From a virus, in the IMG/VR virus record IMGVR_UViG_3300028920_000002, positions 32,001 through 96,000 of that record: a DNA stretch of 64,000 nt. The stretch is one strand, 5' to 3'. Both the position numbers and the translations under genes were made by a program. Below, piece after piece: positions 1 to 8,080 of this stretch. Each line of letters opens with the position of its first letter. Position 1 is the stretch's first letter. Below the pieces are notes generated by a model. That model was not told the origin of the DNA. It was given only the letters and a program-made list of their open reading frames with translations, and made no database searches.

Positions 1-153
1 GGAGCCGAAATCAACAGCGTGTTCAGCGCCGGCTTGAATGACGGCACGAATACAATTGCGCCTACTGGCGAGCCAGTCTTCGGCTTAGTAGTCGTCTGCA
101 AGGAGTTTGGCCTTTCAGGCTACTTCTCGGCCATAATCGACGTGCCCACCTGA
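1..153 (+). CDS. 3' end of an upstream gene (partial, hypothetical)
   Basis: Frame 1 is open from base 1 (GAEINSVF...IIDVPT) to TGA 151-153, which overlaps the GAGGAG RBS of the next gene. Confidence 0.6.
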   Translation, partial: GAEINSVFSAGLNDGTNTIAPTGEPVFGLVVVCKEFGLSGYFSAIIDVPT

Positions 154-164
154 GGAGCCCACTG

Positions 165-2357
165 ATGGAACTGTTCATCCAGCCCGAGACCTACTTGGAG
201 AAGACCGCCGGCGAAGTGGAGCTGCCGGAAGACCCCAACATGTGGCCCCAGGAGGTGCTGCAGGAGCTGTTCAAGCAGGTCCCGTACATCTCGGACTTCC
301 AGCCCCACGTCGTCATGGACAAGGTGGACGCCGAGCAGGGCTATGGTCTCGGGCACGTCGAGATTGCCAACCAGAGCGAGGCGCAGGTCACCGCTGAGCC
401 GGAGATGGCCGAGGCGGCGGGCATCCGCACGGTGCGCATCCCGGTGGTCATCCGAGAGGGCAAGCTCACACCTTTCGACCTGCTCATCAACGACAACGGC
501 AAGATTCTCCCGCTCACCGAATCCCGCATCCGGCAGGCCCTCTTCCGCCCGCAGGCATTCGACGTCACCAGCAAGACGCCGGGCGACCAGAGCATGATTG
601 GGCAGCTCTACCCTCCGTACCGTCAGAACTACGGTTTCGGGCGCACTGGTACTGGCGTAGTGACTGGAACCGGACTCGGGAAGATGGGGTCTGCGCTCGA
701 CGCGTACTTGACTGCGGAGCTCGAGAAGACTGCGCAGAGAGCCCAAGTACCTGAACGACCCAAGTCGGACTTTCAGTTTCATCGGTTGGAGAAGAAAGCT
801 TCCATCCTCGAGTCCATTCTCCCAACGCTCAACCGGACGGACTTCGACAGCTTCTGGGAGAAGGTCAGCAGTGACCACAGCCTTCAGGCGCAGTTCCGTC
901 ACAACGCTGACGCTACGCAGGGGGCGCTCTGTCTGCTGGCCAACCACGAGCCCATCACGCTGGAGAAGACGGCCAGCGCGTTGGCTGAGGTGGTCAAACC
1001 TACTGTCGCTCAGGTCACGAAGACGGTCGATGGCTATCTGGTGAAGACCGCCAGCCACCTCTACTGGAAGCCGCAGACCAGGCTCCTGAACCGCGGGGAG
1101 GTGATTCAGGAGTTCGGTGAGAAGGTGGCTCTGGCGGCGGATGAATCCGGCGGCGTCACGCTGGCCGAGGGTGCCGACGCCGAGGACGCCGAAGGAGCTC
1201 TGGACCAGGAGGAGCCCATCAGCGTTTCGGACTCTGGCCTCTACAAGGTCTACGACGATACCGGCAAGGAGCTGGTGGGCTTCGTCATCCCCAACCTGCT
1301 CGACACCGACGGCACCCCGCTGCCGCTGAGCCTGTTCACCAACGGTTCTCAGACGGCGGTGCAGGACGATATCCAGGGGGTGCCCGCCGGCGACGGCGTG
1401 AATCTGCCCACCGCCCAGCCCGGCGGACGGGGAGCCTTCTTCTCCGTCACCGACGAGGGCAGCGTTCAGGCCACTGTCCCCCTCGTTTTGGGTGGGTCCT
1501 ACGCCACGGGTGACGGTCAGACCGTCCTGAACGGACAGACCTTTGACGGGCGCCCGGTGGAGGTCAGCGTCCAGTCGAACATCCAGACCGTCATGGGCAC
1601 GCCCGAGGGGCGGATGCTGGTGCCGGAGAGCTGGCAGTGGACTCCGATGTCTGATGAGCAGGTCTCCTTGTACGGAGGCGACGTCGGGGAGCAGCCTGAC
1701 GAAGGCGACGACGAGCAGCTGCAGCAGGCTTTCGGCGCCGAGAACGAGGGTGAGGCAGCTCCCCAGCAGGAGGAGCAGGCTGAAGAGAAGCAGAGCTCGG
1801 CCTTCATCTGGGTCCGCTCCGGCGGCCCGGACACCTTCTCCGTCAGCGGTCCGGCGCTCGAGAAGCTGGCCTACAGCGAACGGGAGTCGTTGAGTCTGGA
1901 TGACGCCATGTTCCTCCTGGCGGGCCTTGGTGTGTCACAGGCGTATGGCGTCAAGAAACTGGCGCACGCCTGTTCAGGGGCCAACCCGGAACGCGTGCGG
2001 ATTGGGCGCATCATCAAGACCGCGGCCGAGGTGGATGCCTGGTCCAGGGAGCGCGCACAAGCTCTGCACTCGGTGGTCCCACGGCTCAAGCAGGACCTGG
2101 TGAAGGAGGCCGCGCTCATCCCCAATCCGTCGGCCGTTGACACCGTACTCAGCCTGGGCTTCATCAACCCAGAGAACATCATGACGTTCGTAGGCTACCT
2201 GCCGGACATCGACGGCGCGCAGGGCAAGCTCTGCGAGTTGCTGCTCGCTTCCCGCCTCGGCATGGACGACATCCCAGCTTCGGCACTAGAGCGGGCAGTC
2301 CGCTCCGTCGAAGAGACCATCGAAGGTCTGAAGGTCCTCGCGTTCCAAGGAGGCTGA
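165..2357 (+). CDS. Large head-associated virion protein, KxA-motif rich (730 aa)
   Basis: RBS GAGGAG, strong GC3 bias, about 11 K-x-A/S motifs by eye (EKTA x3, EKKA, VKTA, EKVA, EKQS, EKLA, KKLA, IKTA, VKEA), position in head module. Confidence 0.75.
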   Translation: MELFIQPETYLEKTAGEVELPEDPNMWPQEVLQELFKQVPYISDFQPHVVMDKVDAEQGYGLGHVEIANQSEAQVTAEPEMAEAAGIRTVRIPVVIREGKLTPFDLLINDNGKILPLTESRIRQALFRPQAFDVTSKTPGDQSMIGQLYPPYRQNYGFGRTGTGVVTGTGLGKMGSALDAYLTAELEKTAQRAQVPERPKSDFQFHRLEKKASILESILPTLNRTDFDSFWEKVSSDHSLQAQFRHNADATQGALCLLANHEPITLEKTASALAEVVKPTVAQVTKTVDGYLVKTASHLYWKPQTRLLNRGEVIQEFGEKVALAADESGGVTLAEGADAEDAEGALDQEEPISVSDSGLYKVYDDTGKELVGFVIPNLLDTDGTPLPLSLFTNGSQTAVQDDIQGVPAGDGVNLPTAQPGGRGAFFSVTDEGSVQATVPLVLGGSYATGDGQTVLNGQTFDGRPVEVSVQSNIQTVMGTPEGRMLVPESWQWTPMSDEQVSLYGGDVGEQPDEGDDEQLQQAFGAENEGEAAPQQEEQAEEKQSSAFIWVRSGGPDTFSVSGPALEKLAYSERESLSLDDAMFLLAGLGVSQAYGVKKLAHACSGANPERVRIGRIIKTAAEVDAWSRERAQALHSVVPRLKQDLVKEAALIPNPSAVDTVLSLGFINPENIMTFVGYLPDIDGAQGKLCELLLASRLGMDDIPASALERAVRSVEETIEGLKVLAFQGG

Positions 2358-2358
2358 G

Positions 2359-3870
2359 GTGGCCGAAGGTTTCGGCCGACTCATTGGGGGCGTGAAGGCC
2401 GAGCTTGGCTACGGCCCGGCACTGCCTAAGCCCACGGAGGAGGAGAAGCGTGAGGCTCTGCAGCGCGCGGAGGAAATCAGGCGCACTGTCGGCAAGCGGT
2501 ACAACGTCTCCCCCTATCTGGCTGGGTCGCTAGCCACCGGCTTGAACATTCCTGGGCAGCACGACTTCGACTACGGGGTACGCGTTACCTCCAAGCCGAA
2601 GTTCGACAAGCTGGTCAATCGTTTGCAGCGGGCCGAGGGAGTGAAGACCTCTCCATACAATCAGACTGGTACGGACTACCACGTCTTCACCACCAGTGTT
2701 GGGGGCGAGCCCGTGGACTTGGCTGTCATGTATGGGGACAAGGGCAAGCTGCAGCGGCAGGCGATTCAGCGGGCTCAGAACCTCAGTCAGGACGAGAAGG
2801 ACAAAATCATTGCTGAGAAAGCGCGGCTCTCCAACGTCCTGTTCTTTCAGAAGCAGCGCAAGAAGCGCTTCAAGCGACAGGTAGACGCGCAGCTCGGTCT
2901 ACCGCGCTTCGGTAAAGAGAAGGTGGGACGTGTTGTGACCGACCAAGAATGGAGGCGACTCGCTACTCGCCCTACTGTGTTCGGCCATCGCACGAACAAC
3001 ATCGAGCCCATCATGCAGTCTCAACGACTGTTGAGCGCCGCTGATGCGGCGAAGAGGGGAGCGCTGAAGAGCTACGAGACGGGGACGGGTCGTGGGAGCC
3101 GCGAGCGCTCTGATTTGAGTGAGCGTAGAGGCGAGCGCAAGATGCTCCGCTCAGAGGTCTTCATGAACAAGGGCGGATTGATGCCCCCCAGCGAAGCGTA
3201 TGGACAATACGGCGTGCTCTTCGAGAAGCAGAAGGCCGCGCCCTCGAAGTACCTCAACGCCGTACCTCGAGAGCACACGGCAGAAACGGTGAAGAGCAAG
3301 CTCACTTACGTTGTGCCTGACAAGGAATTCGCGAAGTGGAATCGTAAGTTCCCTGACCGGAAAATCATGCGCGAGTCACACGTGCCGGAGCATATGAGGC
3401 TGCCAGGCAAAGACCGCGGAGAGCTCATCCAGAGAATCCTGACCGGACCCAAGCTCTACGAGAAGAAGGAAGAGGTCAAGATTGGTGGAGCACTGGCCAA
3501 GAAGAAGGGGCTGCGCCGGGTGGGGCAGCTCCTCAGTGGTTCCCGAATGAAGGCGTTGGAGGAGCGGGCTGCTGGTCTGGAGTCCCCATTTCGACGGCGC
3601 GCCCAGCGTGCGCTGGAGCCTGTCCGAAGTAGCGGGATGAAGAAGCGCCGTATAGAGGAGAGCCTCGGGCGCGTGAAGTCCAGAGGTAGGGTTGAATCCG
3701 CGCTGAAGGCCGAGCAGGAAGCAGTACAAAAGGCGAGAAAGACCACCAAGACTGTTGGGGGTGTGGCTGCTGGACTTGGGGCCGCGGCGCTTGGTGCTGG
3801 GGCGTTCAGCAAAGCCATGAAAGAGCCGGACTACGCGGCGATTGCGGCCGAGCAGCGCGCAAAGGCTTGA
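2359..3870 (+). CDS. Cargo polyprotein: Pol-beta-type nucleotidyltransferase + ADP-ribosyltransferase-fold (AbiGi/DarT-like) domain + C-terminal Gly/Ala membrane helix
   Basis: GS-x11-DFD (aa 56-71) and third Asp in VDLAV (aa 120); then H-x-T...I..S..LLS, VF, YGQYGVLF, E305; C-terminal GGVAAGLGAAALGAGAF; GTG start. Confidence 0.65.
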   Translation: MAEGFGRLIGGVKAELGYGPALPKPTEEEKREALQRAEEIRRTVGKRYNVSPYLAGSLATGLNIPGQHDFDYGVRVTSKPKFDKLVNRLQRAEGVKTSPYNQTGTDYHVFTTSVGGEPVDLAVMYGDKGKLQRQAIQRAQNLSQDEKDKIIAEKARLSNVLFFQKQRKKRFKRQVDAQLGLPRFGKEKVGRVVTDQEWRRLATRPTVFGHRTNNIEPIMQSQRLLSAADAAKRGALKSYETGTGRGSRERSDLSERRGERKMLRSEVFMNKGGLMPPSEAYGQYGVLFEKQKAAPSKYLNAVPREHTAETVKSKLTYVVPDKEFAKWNRKFPDRKIMRESHVPEHMRLPGKDRGELIQRILTGPKLYEKKEEVKIGGALAKKKGLRRVGQLLSGSRMKALEERAAGLESPFRRRAQRALEPVRSSGMKKRRIEESLGRVKSRGRVESALKAEQEAVQKARKTTKTVGGVAAGLGAAALGAGAFSKAMKEPDYAAIAAEQRAKA

Positions 3871-3903
3871 CCCACAAGAAGAAGTCGGCCACTTTCAACG
3901 GGG

Positions 3904-4872
3904 ATGATTCGCCGCAGCCCCTGCGAGTGCTACATCAAGTACCTGCTCGTGCACCCCGATGGGTACGCTGATACTGCAGTCATTGACCTGCTCCGGCTAC
4001 AACAGCTCGATGTAGTGAGCGCGGCGTACATCGACCGCTTGAGGCGGAGCATGCGTCTGCCCAAGCCGTTCTACCCCAGCAATAGGCTGCATAGGCCGTC
4101 GAGCCGGTTTCTCCGAGCGCAGCATATCTACCTGCTGTTCCACCCCGACCAGTCCATGCGGGAGGCCCAGCAGATTTTGCGCCATGCCCGAGGCAAGGAG
4201 CTCATGGAGACATTGGTGCTCGCCGGTGAGCCTCCAGCCTTCATCGCTCACAGACTTTCCGGGGCCGGCTTCAAGTGCACGACTGAAACAGTTGAGCGCT
4301 ACTGCCACCACTTCTGGAATCTCCGCCTACTCGACTCTACTGAGACTCGTGCACTACTCCGCTTGCGGTGGGAGTACGTCTCTGACGTTGAGGAGCCGGA
4401 AGATGCGCGCACGCGCACCGCGTTGAAGAAGGCGTACCACAACGACCCGCGGCGCATCGTGGCCGAGAACCCGGTCAGCCCGCTCGCCGGGGTGATGGGC
4501 CAGATGCAGCTTGGCTACATGCCCGGTCAGGTTGAGCTGTCTCGTCTAGCCGACGCAACTCGCACGGCGGCGCAGCTGCAGATGATGGCCTCATCGGTTG
4601 TAGGAGGTCCTGGCCGCGCTGCTGAGGCGAGGGATTGGTCCATGGTCGTGTCGGCCATGACTCAGCTCATTGCAGATATAGGCAGTCCGGAGGCAGAGTT
4701 GCAGAAGGAGCTGCAGCAGCTGGGGCTCAAGACCGAAGAGGCTATGGTCCCGCACATCAAAGAGCTCAGCGATGGGTCGCACACGGTGGATTTGCAGCCG
4801 ATAGGAGACAGCGATGTCAGTGAGGAGCCAAGAGCAGGAGCGTCAGGTGGTACTGGGGGAAGTGCCGGATGA
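3904..4872 (+). CDS. Hypothetical protein upstream of terminase (possible DNA-binding or small-terminase-like)
   Basis: 322-aa ORF, helical, C-terminal coiled coil; function inferred from position only. Confidence 0.6.
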   Translation: MIRRSPCECYIKYLLVHPDGYADTAVIDLLRLQQLDVVSAAYIDRLRRSMRLPKPFYPSNRLHRPSSRFLRAQHIYLLFHPDQSMREAQQILRHARGKELMETLVLAGEPPAFIAHRLSGAGFKCTTETVERYCHHFWNLRLLDSTETRALLRLRWEYVSDVEEPEDARTRTALKKAYHNDPRRIVAENPVSPLAGVMGQMQLGYMPGQVELSRLADATRTAAQLQMMASSVVGGPGRAAEARDWSMVVSAMTQLIADIGSPEAELQKELQQLGLKTEEAMVPHIKELSDGSHTVDLQPIGDSDVSEEPRAGASGGTGGSAG

Positions 4873-5275
4873 GAAGGCACGCGAGTACATCAATCATGCG
4901 CAGGATGTGAGCATCGGCAAAGATGCCATCCCGCAGTTCATCAAGTACAAGTGCTACAGCTTTCGGGCTGAGTACACGTTCATCGATGAGGACCTCGTCA
5001 TCCATTTCTATCTGCCAGCTCACGCGAATCTGGAAACGCCGGAGGCGGAGCAACAGTGGATGCGATACTGGATTGGGCGCTTCGCCGAAGTGCTGGACCG
5101 GATAGCACGAGAACACTTCGAGGCGGAGCATCCGCGGCTGGTGGCGAAATACACTGAGGAAGTGGCCTCGTGGTGGTTCCGAGCGCAGGGTTTTGGGGGA
5201 GGTCTGTCTCCTGAGATGCTGGTCGTGCGCTTCTTCGAGAAGCTCGATGAAGCACTAAGGACTTCGAGCAACTGA
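4814..5275 (+). CDS. Hypothetical protein
   Basis: 153-aa ORF with protein-like composition; start uncertain because it overlaps the previous gene. Confidence 0.6.
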   Translation: MSVRSQEQERQVVLGEVPDEKAREYINHAQDVSIGKDAIPQFIKYKCYSFRAEYTFIDEDLVIHFYLPAHANLETPEAEQQWMRYWIGRFAEVLDRIAREHFEAEHPRLVAKYTEEVASWWFRAQGFGGGLSPEMLVVRFFEKLDEALRTSSN

Positions 5276-5528
5276 ACTCCACGCGCTGGTTGTAGAAGCG
5301 CACGTTGCCGAACGTCCATCCGCACGCCGCTCCATACTGACGTATGTACTCACGAAGGCTCTCCCTCGCTTTGGGCAGAACACCACTCAGCTGAAATGCC
5401 ACCCGGTAGCCATCATCCTCTTCCCACGCCTGGACCAACCCTGTCAGGTTACCAGCGGCCCGATTCAGAGATTCCCACAGACCGCGCACTGCCTGTTCGG
5501 GGTCGCTCGTAGACTCAGGGGGGAACAT
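4998..5528 (-). CDS. Possible antisense hypothetical protein filling the 5276-5526 gap
   Basis: First ~90 aa look protein-like and occupy an otherwise empty gap; the tail runs antisense to 4814-5275; no clear RBS. Confidence 0.3.
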   Translation of the reverse strand: MFPPESTSDPEQAVRGLWESLNRAAGNLTGLVQAWEEDDGYRVAFQLSGVLPKARESLREYIRQYGAACGWTFGNVRFYNQRVEFSCSKSLVLHRASRRSARPASQETDLPQNPALGTTTRPLPQCISPPAADAPPRSVLVLSGPALRRSAQSSIASTVAPPPAFPDSRELADRNG

Positions 5529-7323
5529 GGCGGCTGAACAAGTCTACGTCGAACCAGAGGATGAGTGGGACGATAGTTGGTTCGACGACCGCATATGGAC
5601 ACCAGAGCCCGAGATTGTAGAGCAGCCGCTCGTCATACGTCAGAAGCGGAAGAAGCTGCCGAGAATACCGGAGGTTAGACCTTCGGACTTCACCGCCTTC
5701 GCCTTCCGCATGCCGAGGGAGGACGAAGAAGGGCGCATCGTCATCGACAACTTCTCGTTCGAGGGTCGCCGTCATCTGCGCCGTATATACGACACTCCCG
5801 CTAAGAAGCTGCTGCTCATCTGTGGTCGACAGGTCGAGAAGTCCACACTGCTGGGGAACATCGCTCTCTGCTACATGAGTCTAGTGCAGGGCTACCGCGT
5901 CTTGTACGTCAGCCCTTCTGCAACGCAGACGAAGACGTTCAGCAACGACCGAGTCAAGGAGCCGATTGAGACCAGTCCGATTCTCAAGAAGTTCACGACT
6001 CACATGCTGTCGCAGAACATCTTCGAGAAACAGTTCATCAACCGCAGCAAGATTACGATGCGGTACGCATTCCTCAATGCGGACCGAGCTCGAGGTATCC
6101 CCTCGTACATGCTGGACGTCGATGAGTTGCAAGACATCCTCGGAGACAACCTGCCGGTTCTCGAAGAGTGCCTCAGCCACGCTCCCGACCGTTGGAAGAG
6201 ACAGGTCTACTCAGGAACGCCCAAGAGTCTCGATAACACCATCGAGCAGTACCGCGTAAAGCGCTCAACGCAGAGTGAGTGGGTGGTGCCACACAACTGT
6301 AGAGGAGGAGAGGGAGGTCGCTTCTGGAACATCCTTGGTGAGAAGAACATCGGGCTGAAAGGTCTCATCTGTGAGAACTGCGGCACTCTCATCGACCCCA
6401 TGTGTGACGACGCGCAGTGGGCCTGCATGGTCTACCCCAGCGACAAGGTGGACTTCGAGAGCTACCGAATCTCTCAATTGATGGTGCCTTGGGTACCCTG
6501 GATTGACGTCCTCACGAAGTATCGGAACTACGGGCGCGACCGGTTCTACAACGAGGTGTTGGGGCTGAGCTATGACTCGGGGCTACGCCCGCTCACCATG
6601 CAGCAGGTGAAGGACCGATGCATGGACCACATCACCATGTCTGCAGTGGAGGCGTATCGGTCCAGAGCCTACACCACTCCGGTCTTCGCCGGCATCGACT
6701 GGGGTACTGGAGAGCACAGCTACACCGTCGTCTTCTTGGGCACCTACGTCGACATGCAGTTCCGCGTCTTCTTCGCTCACCGATTCACTGGTGAGGAGAC
6801 TGAACCCGAGCTGCAAATCAAGCGCATCATCGAACTCCTGCGGTACTTCAACGTCCGGCTCATCGGCTGCGACTATGGTGGCGGGTTCGCCATGAACCAC
6901 CGGCTCATTCGAGAGTTCGGAGCCGACAAGGTTCATCAGTTTCAGTATCTGGCACGAACCACCGGTAAGAAGGTGCAGTGGGACCCCAAGATGGGCCGCT
7001 GGAAGATTGCACGCACCGAAGTGATGAGCGACATCTTCAACGCCATCAAGCGCAACAAGTGCGAATTTCCTCGGTGGGAGGAGTTCGAGGAGCCTCACGG
7101 CAGTGACATGCTGAACATCTACTCGGAGTACAACGAGAAGCTCCGCATGATTCAGTACGACCACTCCCCCGACAACCCAGACGATTCCTTCCACGCGTTC
7201 TTGTACTGCTGGTTGGTGAGCATGCTCATCATCCCACGTCCTGACATCGTCGCGCCGACGAAGGAGGACCCACGTACTGGAATGCCCATGCAGAACTTCG
7301 CAGGTCCGGTAGACCAGAGCTAG
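5527..7323 (+). CDS. Terminase large subunit (lambda GpA-like ATPase + RNase H nuclease)
   Basis: Walker A-like GRQVEKST, PSATQTKTFSNDR, Walker B LDVDELQD, SGTPK coupling motif, CxxC insert, nuclease AGIDWG and DDSFHA. Confidence 0.92.
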   Translation: MAAEQVYVEPEDEWDDSWFDDRIWTPEPEIVEQPLVIRQKRKKLPRIPEVRPSDFTAFAFRMPREDEEGRIVIDNFSFEGRRHLRRIYDTPAKKLLLICGRQVEKSTLLGNIALCYMSLVQGYRVLYVSPSATQTKTFSNDRVKEPIETSPILKKFTTHMLSQNIFEKQFINRSKITMRYAFLNADRARGIPSYMLDVDELQDILGDNLPVLEECLSHAPDRWKRQVYSGTPKSLDNTIEQYRVKRSTQSEWVVPHNCRGGEGGRFWNILGEKNIGLKGLICENCGTLIDPMCDDAQWACMVYPSDKVDFESYRISQLMVPWVPWIDVLTKYRNYGRDRFYNEVLGLSYDSGLRPLTMQQVKDRCMDHITMSAVEAYRSRAYTTPVFAGIDWGTGEHSYTVVFLGTYVDMQFRVFFAHRFTGEETEPELQIKRIIELLRYFNVRLIGCDYGGGFAMNHRLIREFGADKVHQFQYLARTTGKKVQWDPKMGRWKIARTEVMSDIFNAIKRNKCEFPRWEEFEEPHGSDMLNIYSEYNEKLRMIQYDHSPDNPDDSFHAFLYCWLVSMLIIPRPDIVAPTKEDPRTGMPMQNFAGPVDQS

Positions 7324-8045
7324 TCGTCGAAGTCGATGTGGCTCAGGATGCGGTCATGGATGTCGCATCCAGTTTCCGGGAAGCGTTTGGTGGCCTCCGG
7401 TAATCCGTGCTTGGTACGGATGTAGAAGTAGGCAGCGTGGCGTAGACTACGTCTTCCCGCATCTAACCACCCATAGGCGATGCGCGTCATAGGCTCAGCA
7501 TCGAGTAGTTCGATGGGGCAGTTGACCGTGAGCTTATTTGCTAGCTCCAAGAAAGGCTCCCACGGTTCATCCTTGCCCAGAACCTTCTCGATGAGCGCGA
7601 AGTACTCTTCGCCGATGGCCATGAACACCTTGGCCCAATTCAGAATCTCGTCGGCATCAGTGATACGTCGGTCTTTGTACTCGTGGACCTTGAGCCACAT
7701 CGAGACGACCGAATCCTCGTCGAGCTGAAGCGGAGGTACACCGGCTCCACACATCTGCTCTAGGATGTCCACGCGCCGTTCGAGTGCGCGGGCGGTGGCG
7801 AACGCCTGAGCGGCGGTGACTGACACTTCAGGTAGGGTCACTCCTCGCCGGCGCGCCTCGGCCAGGGCGGACACTTCCTCCGACCAATACATCCTGGGCG
7901 CATTCAGCCTCTGTCCTGTAGGATAGTGGGGTCGGAGCATTCCTTGGCGCGCGAGTTGCATCACCTGGTGGACACTGACCCCGAGGACCTCTGCGGCCTC
8001 CTCGGGAGGAATCAGGCGGTTGCTTCCCATGACCTTGACCGACAT
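7320..8045 (-). CDS. Excisionase/MerR-like winged-HTH DNA-binding protein
   Basis: N-terminal LIPPEEAAEVLGVSVHQVMQLARQGML fits the HTH_17 pattern; ATG at 8045; stop shares CTAG with the terminase stop. Confidence 0.75.
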   Translation of the reverse strand: MSVKVMGSNRLIPPEEAAEVLGVSVHQVMQLARQGMLRPHYPTGQRLNAPRMYWSEEVSALAEARRRGVTLPEVSVTAAQAFATARALERRVDILEQMCGAGVPPLQLDEDSVVSMWLKVHEYKDRRITDADEILNWAKVFMAIGEEYFALIEKVLGKDEPWEPFLELANKLTVNCPIELLDAEPMTRIAYGWLDAGRRSLRHAAYFYIRTKHGLPEATKRFPETGCDIHDRILSHIDFDD

Positions 8046-8080
8046 GGTACTTCTTTTGTGCACGGCTGAAAGAGGTTCTG

